This document shows, in pieces, positions 25,030 to 39,524 of a DNA stretch of 56,872 bases. Location of the stretch: assembly GCF_001194135.2 (NCBI RefSeq), contig NC_068986.1:23928813-23985684 (forward strand), written 5' to 3'. Under the pieces are notes generated by a model, which saw nothing but the letters and a program-made list of their open reading frames with translations, had not been told where the DNA came from and searched no databases. The number at the start of each line of letters is the position of its first letter. The first letter of the stretch is position 1. Position numbers and translations under genes: made by a program. The DNA is from Octopus bimaculoides (Eukaryota).

Positions 25030-25262
25030 AAAGAGGGGAGTGAGAGGGGGTNNNNNNNNNNNNNNNNNNNNNNNNNNNNNNNNNNNNNNNNNNNNNNNNN
25101 NNNNNNNNNNNNNNNNNNNNNNNNNNNNNNNNNNNNNNNNNNNNNNNNNNNNNNNNNNNNNNNNNNNGATAGGGGTGAGGGGTGAGAGGGGGAGTGAAGG
25201 GGATGAGAGGGGTGAGGGGTGAGGGGTGAGAGGGGGAGTGAAGGGGTGAGAGGGGGAGGTGT
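25030..25262. repeat. G-rich (GGGGTGA/GAG) minisatellite spanning a gap
   Basis: Many G4-G5 runs visible on both sides of the N-run. Confidence 0.85.
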
Positions 25263-25363
25263 TTTGTGATGACAGGGACAAAGTTACGATCTCACAGCAT
25301 GCTACATTGAGCAAGTGTTTTCTACAATAATCTCAGACTGACCAATAACTCACTAGTGATATT

Positions 25364-25461
25364 TAATGCAGATATTACGCGACGAATAGTCATATACACG
25401 CATGAATACACATAATGCAGATATTACGCGACGAATAGTCATATACACGCATGAATACACA
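25364..25461. repeat. Perfect 49-bp tandem duplication
   Basis: taatgcagatattacgcgacgaatagtcatatacacgcatgaatacaca x2. Confidence 0.95.
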
Positions 25462-26629
25462 TACACACGAATACCCGCACGTGTGAGTATGCATATATGC
25501 GTATGTATTAATACATATGCATTTGTAATTGTGAGTTTGTCCGTTCCGTGTATGTGTGTATCTTTAACTGATGTTACATAGCCAAAGTCAACTCGAAAGA
25601 TCAAACGTCAACATTATTTGTTCTACATCGAGTTAGATACACTTTCTTGCTTGTCTTTCACACAGAAAGGCTCCGAAACAATGATTGACCCATTGGATAA
25701 TTTTATCACCTTTTCAATCTCTTTCTATGCGGCTATCATCCTCGCACAAATTTTCACCTCACCTACTTCTCTTCAAGATTCTTGCCAGCTAAGCAATTTT
25801 CAGAAATGATCTAATCTCATTTTTTTTCTGCTCTCTGCAACTGCCTCCTTCTCTAAGTTTTTCTTTTCATTCTTTGGTAACTGTCTCTTCACCCATCGCA
25901 CTATATTTCACCTAATTCACTATTTCTTCTGTAGGTGCTTCTATCTCTGAACTGCACTCTTTTCTGTGTAATGCAGCTAAAACATTTTCACATTTTTGTA
26001 ACATCTTGCTTGTCCCATCCAACTCTCCCTCCCTCGCTCTCTAGTTCTCCTCTCTCTATGCAATTCTTCTCTCTTTCCGTCGCCTTGTTTCAATCTTTTC
26101 TCTCTATTTACTCTCTATGTCTATTCTTTCTCCCTTTCTTTCTAGTTTGCTCTATCATACTTTCTATATCTTTCTTTTTTCCGTTATAACTCGCTCTTTT
26201 CTTTTTCTCCAAAACTTTTACATTTTCACAAATTCTCTAACACCTCTCGTTATATAACTCAACATCTGTATTTTCTACTTTCTCTTATTCGTTCAATTAA
26301 TTTCTATTTAAGATTATATACTTGATCACCTGTCTATTTATCGTTTATTTCACACTATTTATCTATTGTTACTGCTGGTTCGTGCAGTTGTCTTTATTCC
26401 CCCCCCCCCCTATGAGCAACAACTATTTCACTTATCATTCTCACAAAATTTCACTTACAGCCTCCGTCTGTCACTATCTCTGCCATTCTACTTCCCCACC
26501 TCGTACTTCCTGCGAATGATGGTATGAAAATATGTTTATATACACACACATTATATTCATACATTTACACATATAAATTCGAAAATACACATATGTATAT
26601 ACCTGCACACACACATATATAAATACATA

Positions 26630-26672
<43 letters not shown>

Positions 26673-27039
26673 CAAATTAAAAGGGTAAAGGATTATCAAT
26701 TTATTAATTAATAAATCAATTAACAATTAACAATTTTTACCAAGCCCATCGGTATGAAAGCACCATTATTGGTGGAGAACTTATTTAAAAGCTCACATGG
26801 TAATTTCTTGAGGGAAGGACAGTTAGACTGGCTGACCGAGGTGGATTCGGTTATGCTTTCAGACCTGTGTCGGTGTAGAATGTTACTAGTCCATGCTTAC
26901 ACAGTTTGCTAGCATAGTCAAATGTACTACTGGAATACAGTATTGACGAAGGAAATTGATTATTATCAATCATGATCCAGAAACGCGTCTACTGTTAAAC
27001 ATCGGAATTGGTTAGTTTTCATTGTTTTTNNNNNNNNNN

Positions 27040-27084
<45 letters not shown>

Positions 27085-27759
27085 AATATATTACGTATTT
27101 ATGTATATAATTATGCGATACGTATACAATATTTGTATTTATGTCTGTACATACGAATAGGCAACGAGCATTTCCACCGCGTTGCATTGTAATCACTGTA
27201 TCTCACTGTGACAAACACATCTACTATTGCAAAACACCAACCGACCGACCGACAAACTAATGAAGGAAGCAGACCAAACAGTTTTATAAAACGAAACAAC
27301 CGACCCAGCAAGAAAATAAACAACAGCATACAATGAATTAAGCTCACAATAAAATCAGTAGTATAAACAAACAAACAAGGTCTAAATCTAAACAATTATC
27401 AGCCAACAGACTAACCTGCCAACCGGGACTCCATTGAAGCACCCAAATTTCAAACAAATAAACAAAACGGGGATACAAACAGAATAACTGATAAAACAAA
27501 TCCTCATTGAATGGACTGAAATAAACTGCGCTTTTCAAATATGCAACGAAGTAACAACAAAAAAAAAGAACAACAAGAATAATAATAATAATAACAACAA
27601 CAACGAGAATAACACCAAGAAGAACAATAACAACGTTATAACACAATAATACAAACAGTAATCAATAGATGGTCTGGAATTAATTAAACTAAAGAACGAA
27701 ACAATGAAAACGAAAATAAATTATACAAGTAGCATTACGTGAGAATATATATTTTTCCT

Positions 27760-27833
<74 letters not shown>

Positions 27834-28011
27834 GCCTCGTAGTAAATCGAACGCAACTATTGCTTCGCTGATGATTAAATATGGCGAATGAACTTCAAGA
27901 ATATCATTTAGTCTATTTCTAGCAGATGTTTTTTCGTTCTCTTCATTTATTTTACCGTTATTTCTTGTTTGTACTCCGGTTTCATTTATTGCATTATTGT
28001 TGTTTTTGTTG

Positions 28012-28045
<34 letters not shown>

Positions 28046-28412
28046 CATCATCAGCATCACCATCATTATCATCATAATCATCCTCGTCGTCGACGTTATC
28101 ATCATCCTCATCATCGTTCTTGTTGCTATTGGTTATGTTCCTGTGTTCATATATTTATATTTGTGTGGGTGTTTCTCTGCGTGCCTGCATAAAGTTATAT
28201 TCATGCATACACACACACACACATACCATATACTTACATGTATAAACACGACATATATGTGTGTCTATAAGAATAAGTATATATAAATATACATACACAG
28301 CTTTATATACATTTATATACATACATACATACATACATATATCATATATATACATATACATATATATATACATACATACATATATACATGCATATATACA
28401 TACATATATGTA

Positions 28413-28455
<43 letters not shown>

Positions 28456-28468
28456 GTGCACATACACA

Positions 28469-28516
<48 letters not shown>

Positions 28517-28520
28517 ATTT
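27760..28520. repeat. (CT)n, (TTG)/(TTA)/(TCA)n and (TA)/(CA)n microsatellite cluster
   Basis: Directly visible. Confidence 0.9.
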
Positions 28521-29213
28521 GTCTAGATTCTGAAATACAAAGTAGTGATAATATGCTAACAACCTAAGAATATATGCGAGTTTATATAGATAAGTATCTT
28601 TGATTCTTCCATTATTTGGCACGGCATAGGAATCGATGCCAATCTTGCTGTTATTTTGGTCACACTGAATCTGATAATGATGTTCTTGATTCTGTTGTTA
28701 TTGTTGCTGTTCAGTCTGCAGATGCAGAATTTTTTAGTTGATTATGGAGCTATAGTCCAATTTTTCAAGGACGGTAGTAGTTATAATATAATTTATTATA
28801 CTTCATTATCATTTATAAGGTATGTAGTTTTGCTTTTAGCTACAGAGATCTAATTGCAGTGTCATGCTAACGTCATATGCCTTTTTCTGCTCTTAGCAAT
28901 ATCCCGTTCTTTCTACTGTTGGTTTCTATCCCATCATTTCAGATCTTAGCATTCTATCTTAGTTTTACTTCAAACATAGTATCCCTAGAACAATATTGTC
29001 AAGCATTTTATTTTATTATATTTTAAAACAGTTGTCTGTTCTACTGTTTCAGATGGGTTTAATGACTGTAAAATCACACCGTGATAGCACCGTATATTTA
29101 GGTATTTTGAAACAATAAATTATATCAGTTATCAACATTTCTTTACAAGAACTTTAACTGGTTGTATGTTGCTAATTCAAGGCTTGTCTTTATAGTAACA
29201 GTAACAGGAATCT

Positions 29214-29412
29214 AAGGCGGCAAGCTGGCGGAATCGTTAACACGCCGTGCAAGATACTTAGCAGTATTTCATCGGGCTTTACGTCGTGTTGAAATTCAGC
29301 AGGGTTTCACATTGCCTTTTCATACTTTGAGGGCCGATAATATAAGCACTAGTTGAGCAGTGGGGTCGATGAAATCGATTTTCCCCCTACCTCTAAATTT
29401 TCTGGCCTTTGA
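29214..29412 (+). mobile_element. SINE family B, diverged
   Basis: aaggcggcaagctggcggaatcgttaacacgccgtgcaag...tggggtcgatgaaatcgatt. Confidence 0.8.
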
Positions 29413-29778
29413 AAGTGATATTAATAGGAGTCATTTGGACGATATATTGGGTATAGAAAATCGTTGTATCATGGATGTTTCATAAGATACCACTCAAGAA
29501 AAATGTTTCGATTTCTATTTTTATTATCATATTTATTCCTATATTTATTTATCTATTTATGTATATATTTTTACCATACCGTCGTTAGTTGTACGAAGGG
29601 TATATTTTTCCTTCTGAATTCTTGTATTTTTGTTTAATGGATGTATTTTGAGGTGTGTTCTTCTATGCAATATTTTTTATAATGCTTCTCTAAGCAAGTA
29701 GTCCATTGAGCTTAATAGTAAAATACTTCATGAATACATAGTACCGTATGTCTCTTTATGTGCAAAAGTGTGTTTTGC

Positions 29779-29781
<3 letters not shown>

Positions 29782-29856
<75 letters not shown>

Positions 29857-29865
29857 GTGTGTGTA
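29782..29865. repeat. (GT)n microsatellite
   Basis: Directly visible. Confidence 0.95.
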
Positions 29866-30590
29866 CATATATATGTGTGAGAATGTATACTTACCTCTAT
29901 ATGAAATATTTTTTAGAGAATATCTGGTTTTTATAAAGAAATACGATACTTATGTTGAAGTAACTAGTAATATAGGATTTTGTCCAATTATGTAACAATC
30001 TTATCAATAAATGTAACTGAAAATAAATCTTATATAAAATATAAGAAAAAGAAAAGAGACTGTTAAATTTCGTATTATATTTTTATAGATAATTGATCTT
30101 CGATCTGGTTTACTCTTTAACTTTTAAATTCTAGGATATCAAAAATCGAGACCCACTAGTACTTTCTACATACGGACCTGAAGATGTTTGATAAGTTTCA
30201 TTACCATAGATTTATAGTTTGTGAATTCTCCCCATATTTGAATTTACAACTATACATTAAAATGAAAACTTATATTTTTTAATATATTATGGCAAAGAAA
30301 AACTTAGTTGTATATCCAGTATTCTTTTGTCCTTATATTAATAATCGTAGCCAATACAGAATACATACCAAAGATGATGCAAAGATGATGCAAGATAGTA
30401 CTTATATGTACTATCTTACAGACATTTGCCTCCAGAAAATTTTTTCGAGAACGTCTACAAGCAACTGAAGCTCGACTTCTTTGACAAATAGTTAGGACGT
30501 TAGGTTAAGCACTTAAATTGTAACTTAGTATTTAGTCTCCAACTTAAGTTTCATGATTGCTTTTGATTTAATGTAATAAAATCTAATTAC

Positions 30591-30896
30591 ATTCTGTTGT
30601 GTTTGGGGAGACTCATTCTCGTTTGGTGCTTTATAATTTAACATACTCATCGATAAAATTTCCACTCATTTCTTTTTTATTTTTCTAAAATTTTCGTTGC
30701 GTCTTGCATCCTTTTCAATAGATTTGACTCTGTCCGTTGCTCGTGAGTAACGGACAGAGTCAAATCTATTGAAAAGGATGCAAGACGCAACGAACATTTT
30801 AGAAAAATAAAAAAGAAATGAGTGGAAATTTTATCGATGAGTATGTTAAATTATAAAGCACCAAAAGACAATGACTTTCCACAGACACAACAGAAT
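30591..30896. mobile_element. Fold-back/palindromic MITE-like element
   Basis: About 152-bp arms around a 2-nt spacer at 30743-30744; inner about 120 bp differ at only about 2 positions, outer about 30 bp are more diverged. Confidence 0.85.
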
Positions 30897-31478
30897 ATGC
30901 TTCAACTCACAAACTCACATAAAGAATCTTGCAAACGAAATCCCAAAACGAAATCTAATTACAAGTTTTACATTGAACGTACTCTTCCTATATTTTTCAG
31001 CTGACAGATGAAGCATATCTTCATAAGTTTGTCTGCGCCGCAATGCATGATAGTGTGTGACGAGGCATGAATATCTTACCACGTTAACTGAGCAACGGTG
31101 CCTAGTATTACGATTATAACTATCAGTAACAGAGCTATTGGTAATGAATCTAAATGTCAGTAACGAAAAGTAGTAACTTGAATTTCGCCAATAATTATTA
31201 ACTTAAGAATTAGCAAATGTAGTAGTAAAATAATAGTCGTAGCAATGGCTGAAGCAACAATAATATATCGACCCACCAAAGGTCTACTAGTAATAAAAAC
31301 CAAATCTTCCCCTAATAACACTGTACTGTTTGAAATAAGGAATTGATGCAGAAGACAATGTAGTTGTGCTTGGAGAGGATATTCACGACTGGAATGCTTT
31401 TGGTTATAGCTAGATAAGAGCACTAGCAAAAACAACAACATCAACAATGAAAATATTAACAGTAATACAGCTCCGAAT

Positions 31479-31695
31479 ATTAGTTTCAAATGTTGGCACA
31501 AGGCCAACAAGTTCGGGGTAGGGGTAAAATCGATTACATCGATCCCAGCGCTTAAATGGTACTTATATTATTGTTTCTGAAATGATAGAATGCAAAGTCG
31601 ACCTCGGCGGAATTTGAACTCAGAACGTTAAGACAGACGAAATGCCGCCTAGCACTTTCTCCGGCGCAGTGATCGTTTTGCCAGCTCACCGCCTT
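31479..31695 (-). mobile_element. SINE family B with 14-bp TSD
   Basis: atacagctccgaat at 31465-31478 and 31696-31709 flanks a B-family copy. Confidence 0.92.
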
Positions 31696-32365
31696 ATACA
31701 GCTCCGAATGTTACTAACCGTTATGATTGCTAAGCCACAAGTCGGATCCGTCTGAATAGAACTACACTCAGCAGATTGTTCACCCAGGGATAAATTATTC
31801 GTCTTATCATTTTTAAAACGGTGGGCTATATTTTGAGGCAAATTCGGGTACTATTTCCAAGAAGCAGATTGACCACCTCAAAATCGCTTCCATTAGTTCT
31901 CTAAGCACTAGTAAGTAGTATCAAAGATGTCAGTAACTACAATGTTGCCGACTCTTATGAGATAACCATATTCAGCTCCAACTAACATTAAAATGTAGTG
32001 TATTGTAATAAATCAGTGACTGACCTTTAAAGACAATAACTTGATTTTCTTAATTTATAGTGCTGAGTTAGCTTTTCAGAAAAGGTTATCATACCTTCTC
32101 TACAGTTCATAAATGCGTAGTATCTTTAAACATATTATTATAGTATATATGCCTTCTGCATTTTTTCTCATTCTGAGACGATATTGCTTCAAAATTATAT
32201 AGCTCAGCGAGTTAGAGTAGTGCATGGTCATCAATAGATCGAATTAGTATGTAGATGTAGAGGTATTTACGTTCTTCACATATGATATAGCCTTAACTTG
32301 AAAGATGCCGTTAACACATTACAGGTACACACACACACACACACATACACACACACACACACACC

Positions 32366-32403
<38 letters not shown>

Positions 32404-33114
32404 NNNNNNNNNNNNNNNNNNNNNNNNNNNNNNNNNNNNNNNNNNNNNNNNNNNNNNNNNNNNNNNNNNNNNNNNNNNNNNNNNNNNNNNNNNNNNNNNN
32501 NNNNNNNNNNNNNNNNNNNNNNNNNNNNNNNNNNNNNNNNNNNNNNNNNNNNNNNNNNNNNNNNNNNNNNNNNNNNNNNNNNNNNNNNNNNNNNNNNNNN
32601 NNNNNNNNNNNNNNNNNNNNNNNNNNNNNNNNNNNNNNNNNNNNNNNNNNNNNNNNNNNNNNNNNNNNNNNNNNNNNNNNNNNNNNNNNNNNNNNNNNNN
32701 NNNNNNNNNNNNNNNNNNNNNNNNNNNNNNNNNNNNNNNNNNNNNNNNNNNNNNNNNNNNNNNNNNNNNNNNNNNNNNNNNNNNNATATATATATATATA
32801 TATACGTATGTGAGTGTATGTGTGTGAATGTATGCATGTATAAATTTATGTATACATATATATAAATTTATATAATTACATCCGCGCGTGTGCGTTCGCG
32901 CACGCGCACACACATATATATATGCATTTTTATATAGATTATCTATAAAGCCTGTACTTTATTTGTAATTGATATTTAATAATTGTTTCCTCTCGGCCAA
33001 AAATACACCTCTTGTACCATAACCTTGTTTCAACCATTCGTTCTCTGCACTTCATTCTCCCTTCTTAGTCTTCTTTTTCTCTATATTTCTCTTTTGTGTA
33101 TGCTTGTCTGTCTA

Positions 33115-33151
33115 TCTCCTTTCTCTCTCTTTCTCTCTCTTTCTCTCTCTT

Positions 33152-33200
<49 letters not shown>

Positions 33201-33278
33201 CATACAAAATTTATCTTCATACCTATACAACCATCAACCACTCTACGTGTACTCTTCTATCTCCGCTTCTATTTCCAC

Positions 33279-33341
<63 letters not shown>

Positions 33342-33355
33342 ATCTCTCTCTCACA
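33115..33355. repeat. (CT)n-rich block
   Basis: Directly visible. Confidence 0.9.
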
Positions 33356-34237
33356 CATTCTTTCTTTTTCATCTGTTATTCTTTCACCCTCTGTGATTCT
33401 CTTTGATTTTCCTTATTATCCATGCTTTATTTTTGACCAAGCCAACTAATCAGAGAAACAAACTTATATATTTCTGTAGACAATGCCAAGTGATTACTAG
33501 TTAGCCATTTAAATTGTTGTTCTTGTTGCTGTTATAGTTCATCAGTCTATGATAAAAATGCCGAAAATAAATGTAAAAAAAAGAGAACTTCCTGCTAAGT
33601 ATTTTTATCCTTTCTAATCAATAAGCACGGGAACAATCACATAAATATAAAACCAAAGAAGTGATACCTCCTATGTATACATTCTATATTTTACCCCTAG
33701 GTCACTCACGTTTGAGCAGGCCTATGATCAAAAGCTTTCCCGAAGTGACGTTCTTGTTTTAAGTTAATGTAGGATTATATTAACTAATATGTTCTTTCTC
33801 CTTATTTAAAAAAGGCATAATATGATGGAGATTTGGCTGGTGATTCTAAAAGGTTCTGAAACATTGTAGAGGCTCTCTTGTTGTTTGGGGCCTACGTTTA
33901 ATTCTGATTGAACTTTGCTATGATTAAAACGTTCCAGTCCTGATCTGCCAGTAGAAGATTTTTTTTGAGTTATAATGTCCTCTGGACTCACTGCTTTTTT
34001 AGGTGAGTCTGCTCTGTTTGCGATGTATAGTGTGCTAATGAAAGAAATTTTGCCGATATAAATAATAGCCCACAATCTCCTATTAGTCAAATGTATTCCT
34101 AAAAATATTACAAAAGGAAAGATCGCATCTGGTACATCCTTGGACATCGGTAAGCTAAAACACACACTGATGCTGAAAAGCTAAACAACACCGTTTAATG
34201 CAGGCAACAACGTCCAGAATAAGACTTACCGTAAGAA

Positions 34238-34626
34238 TGTTGGCACTCTGTCGTCGGTTACGACGACGAGTGTTCCGGTTGATCCGATCTACGGAACAGC
34301 CTACTCGTGAAATTAACGTGCAAGTGACTGAGCACTCCACTGACACGTGTACCCTTCACTTAGTTCTCGGGGAGATTCAGCGTGACACAGAGTGTGACAA
34401 TGCTGGCTTTTTGAAATACAGGTACAACAGAAACAGGACGAAGGAGTGAGAGAAATCTGTGGTCAAAGAGTACAGCAGGGGTCGCCACAACTCCACTGCC
34501 GGAGCCTCGTGGAGCTTTGGGTGTTTTCGCCCAATAAACACACACAACGCCCGGTATGGAAATCGAAACCGCGATCCTACGACCGTGAGTCTGCAGCCCT
34601 AACTACTGGGTCATTACGACTCCACA
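34238..34626 (-). mobile_element. SINE family C with 10-bp TSD
   Basis: Reverse complement of the 18327-18714 copy; accgtaagaa at 34228-34237 and 34627-34636. Confidence 0.92.
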
Positions 34627-37264
34627 ACCGTAAGAAATAATAGCAGTAAAAATAACAACAACAGCGTAATGTCAATTACTTTGTAACATCGAAACAACGT
34701 TTCATCGTGTTGTGTAGTCTGGCACTTTAACCATAGAATAAAAATATGAATCTATCCAAGAGTGATGACTTTATTCTATTGGATCCATTAGTGAAAAAGC
34801 AGGATTCCTATATTTTATTTTATCTCTTTTAAATGTAATCCCAAATTTTACATTAGTATTATGTGAACTGTTCGCCACACTATTTGTATAACTCGGGAAT
34901 AAGACCTCATAATCCTTCCTGAGATTTGTTACCCTAAGTACTGAAATAAGGGCCTGCTAACCGCTTCTCATTAGCTTCTCGTGATTCTTATTCCTACGTT
35001 TGGGGGAGCATGAAACGGCACAGTCAGGCATTTACATTTCTACTTTGTTGGTGTTCTCTCCCACATTTTGAATTAAGATCAAACTACAGTATTTCATAGT
35101 ATATAAAATGCACGTTTTTCAAAGACACGTCTCATAGAATATCCCCGGGACTTATACGAAAAGCTTTCCTTTCTCTATGTGCTGCTGAAATAGGGGCTCA
35201 TCTAATACGCCTGTGCGTCCTTTATGACAAAACAGTTCCATTTTTATTATTTGACTGAGATTTACTCTAACCTCTAACCTCTAAACCACATTAACTCAAT
35301 TACTGTAAACGGAAGTACTAAATATTATCATATTTATAGCAATCGGTCATTTCCTTCAGTAGCAATCAATACGTCTACATGAATGGAAAATGGCCAAATG
35401 CTTTAAAACGTAGTTTTCTAGATCTTCGCAAGCTGTTTTACTATGTCTCTGGAAAACAAATTTTTCTAGTTATCGCAATTTAATTAGCATTGGAGTAGTT
35501 AATGAATTTACTGGGAATATTTTCTTGTCTAGAAGAAACATACGGAATACATCACATATATTGTGCTCATAACATTAAAATTTGACTTAATTTTTAGTGT
35601 AATATACCTTTGATTATAAACTAATACTAACAACCATAAAAAGTTATCCAAGATTTATTAACGGAAGCAAATGTTCATCGAATTAATTCTGAGCAATTTT
35701 CGATAGGTCATTTAACTTAAGCATTTTTCGCACAGAAAATAGCCATACAAATTTACTAATGAGCATGAGGCACAGAGATTTCATTTTAATAGCTATTGAA
35801 TGTGATTTAATCGTCAATGTTCACTCCATGCTTCATAAGCAGGCAAGGCCTACTACAAAGCATTTTTTTTTAAAATAAGTAATCTTTGCATTGGTATTAC
35901 TAAAGGAGACTAAGCTGGCATGTTCTCATGTATGTTGAAGTGAGTTGTGATCATTTTTGCGTTCGTTATTTGTTATGCACGAAAATGTCAAAACAATATA
36001 TTTTATAAATAGAAACATTACTATTTCTAAATCTCTCAACGAGAGACATTCAGAAATAATACTTTAAAGTAAAGATTATTTGCCAACATAATCTGGCAGT
36101 CCCAGTTGGAACGGATGTTATTGTTGTTTAGCCCCAGGAAACACCATTTCCACCTGGCTATACGACACACTATTTGTGTCATTATATTCCCAAATAGGGG
36201 AGTTTACCACCCCCACCCAGCACAAAATAATATCTGTGGACCATGGTTTCTGGGTTATTTCCCTTCCTCGGCTGAGATGATGCCTATTGAAAAAATATCG
36301 TTGTGCAATCATATTCAGTAGGGCAAGTTATTTTTAACTTTTAGTTTAAAATGAGCTTTATCTTGAGACACAATACTTCCAAACAATTTTGTGAATGAAA
36401 GTAAATCATGCGCGAAACGATACAGAAATGTTTCACACTGTAGTGAAACCACATCGACAATCTTGTGGGCTTCGAGCCTAACTACACTCAACGCTATTTG
36501 ATATAAAATAGTTACACCCTTATATTACTTACTTTGTATATATATTTCTATCTGCTACAGTCCAGTCTCTCTGGAATTCGATATTGCTTTCGACCACAAG
36601 AAATTAAATGAATAACATATCATTTAGGATCCAGAGTTAGTCTTATTGATGATAGACTTATGGAATTAAAAACGGTGACTGCCAACACATTTGGCATTCC
36701 AGAAATTTGTATTGGAAACAAATTCATGTTCATATGTATAATTAACACATCAATATTGCATCTAACTACTTACACACATCATATGATGTTTTAGTTTTTA
36801 ATAGCTCTTCTGCTAATAAATGTAACAAAAATATTTTGTCCTGTCATTTCTTAATATTGAGAGCGATTCTCAACTATACTTACCATCATTTCTTCGTATA
36901 TTATAAAACTATGAAAACATTTGATTAGTATGCTAAGAATTAAGATCCAAAACTGTAGTCTCTTGAAGGGGGAATGTGAATAAACTACGGGAAAAGACAT
37001 GTAAGTAATGTTGATGCATTATAAGCTGGAAAATCTACTGATAAATATAAATTTAATTCGAAAGTATAACCCATTACGTTTTAGCGTAACGACCAACGGA
37101 AGTTAAATAATGAATTGGCTATTAATATCTGAACGGATAATTTTTGCCTGTAGTTATTAAAATGTCAGTAGTTAGTACAATGACGTTGCTCATAAGTTTC
37201 TGGTGCATAATGTCTTGTTTTTATTCTAAGGAATACGATCAGTTCTTAGTGTCGATGAAATTGT

Positions 37265-37415
37265 GTGTGGTATTGTTTCTGAGTCTTTACGTTTGAAATC
37301 AAATCCCAACAAAGTCACCATTATATTTCATACTTTAGAAATCGATCAAGTAAGATACCAGTCAAATACTGGGGTGGACTTAGTTATTTACTCCACATCT
37401 CGCGAAAATATCTGG
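37265..37415 (+). mobile_element. SINE family B, heavily degraded
   Basis: tttacgtttgaaatcaaatccc...gatcaagtaagataccagtcaaatactggggtggact. Confidence 0.55.
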
Positions 37416-39160
37416 TCTTTTACTTATAATTGAAATGATAATATTACAACTTAAATTTTACATGAGCTTTTGTGAATATGATTATATTCTTCATGCAAAT
37501 ATCAACTCGATCCATCTGTAAAATTAGGGTTCGCTACGTGTTCGAATGCATCTAAATAATCACTGCCAGCAACTGATGTTTGTTGAAAGCATTTAATTGA
37601 TTTTAATTGATATGATTGTCAGGGTAACTAGTGATTCATTTACTTTTATCTGTTTCTTGTAAACTGTGAACTTGGAAGAAGGGTAAACAAAATCAATAAA
37701 TTCCCAATATCAATGTATTGCATCTGTGATAGAGATTCATACAATATGTCTTACAGTATTTAGTTTCACGTCACTATATCAGATATAAGTTATTATGAAT
37801 TTTATTGTCCTGAATGTTTTATGAATGTTTGGCTGGCCTGAAGTTAATCAAAAATACTTCTCTAGAAGAAATAATATTCGCGTTATGCGTAACACATAAA
37901 ACAAAAATCAATGCTTTCATCCACAGTGACACTTCATATAATCTTGCCACGAAGTCATTTCAAAACTTTGAATTTGATCTTGATTTGTAATTCTCTGGCT
38001 ACAGTTAAAGACCTTTCAAGAAAATATAATCACTACACAGTTTCATATCTCTCCAGTATTGAATTAGTGTTTCTGCGCCAAGGCACGAATATAATATTCC
38101 CTTCAAAATCGCCTGCATAATAAGTGTTGCTTATGTCGATAGCATAATTATTGTGTGGTTACGAATCGGGAATGCAATTGTTGAAGAAAGAAAACGATAG
38201 TATCATCCCCACCAACAGGTTCATGTGTTCTTACAACTAATCACAACTGTATCAATATTTGTGGTGATATTGACTTTGTTTTGTCAGAGTTTTATCGATG
38301 CGCTTCAAATATTAATTGGTGTTAGAAAGAAAATATATACAAACAAGAAATGTGCGGTAGATAAAAGCACAATACCGGTTTAATCACACCATAGCTACAA
38401 CAGTAGCTTAGCTTGATAAAATATAATGTTAGCTCTTATTAATAACCGCAATATTGATGATAATTTAAATATTGGTTTACATTGCACAAAAATATGGTTA
38501 ATTAGAGATCAAAGATGGTGGAATATGACCAGGAAATATAACACAGAAGCAGCAGATTATTCATTGAATTCTCTCACGGGAAAAACAACTCTACATCGAT
38601 AATAGAGGTGTTATTTATATAGAAATCAACTTATTAAAGTGTATTGTTTAACACACCGCTTGTATATATTATCTTGCCTGAAGCCTTGTGGTTTGACTTG
38701 ATTTAAGCCGAAGGAACAAATAATTATTTAGCGAGGGGTTGGGTGTCAGAGAAATGGGTCTGCTATGTGGTCCAAACTTTTGTCGCATTCTCATCTCTTA
38801 TATTGTATTTCTGAGGGTTATGAATATTACAAGTTAACGTTTGTCGCTTCTTTTTCTAAATTTCATGCTTTTAGCTAGGCATGAAAACAAAATGTTGTTC
38901 CACATTCTAAAACATCTAAAACTAATAATAACTGCTAAGGCAGACGGGCTGTATTTTTTCAATAAGGGTCACACCACAGTAGTTCAGATAAAAACAAAAC
39001 AATCTCTAAGGCTTGGAGAAAAATCACTTCAAATTTATAGCGTTCGTCTTTCTTCCACAGACGCAATACACAAAAAGCATCATCCAAACATGCCTCCCCG
39101 AGTAAGACAGCTCACAATTTCACTCACCTCACAACCTTCCATTCGTTTTTTTTTCTTGTG

Positions 39161-39524
39161 CTTTACTCTTTTACTCTCTCTCTCTCTCTACTCTTTTACT
39201 TGTTTCAGTCATTTGACTGCGGCCATGCTGGAGCACCGCCTTTAGTCGAGCAAATCGACCCCAGGACGTATTCTTTGGAAGCCTAGTCTAGTACTTATTC
39301 TATCGGTCTCTTTTGCCGAACCGCTAGTTACGGAAACTTAAACACACNNNNNNNNNNTATACATATATACGACGGGCTTCTTTCAATTTACGTCTACCAA
39401 ATCCACTCACAAGGCTTTGGTTGGCCCGAGGCTATAGTAGAAGACACTTGCCCAAGGTGCCGCAGTGGGACTGAACCCGGAACCATGTGGTTGGTAAGCA
39501 AGCTACTTACCACACAGCCACTCC
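39161..39524 (-). mobile_element. SINE family A, full length
   Basis: Reverse complement of 16066-16668, including head ggagtggctgtgtggtaagtagc; short internal gap. Confidence 0.92.

Noticed and set aside
25780-26520. Long hydrophobic plus-strand ORFs (also 23188-23685, 32983-33449)
   Set aside because: Degenerate CT-rich low-complexity DNA; no in-frame repeat conservation like that in the 47-52 kb array
34155-34640. ORFs 34155-34346, 34198-34449, 34360-34545, 34446-34640 and 18534-18743
   Set aside because: Lie within SINE family C copies
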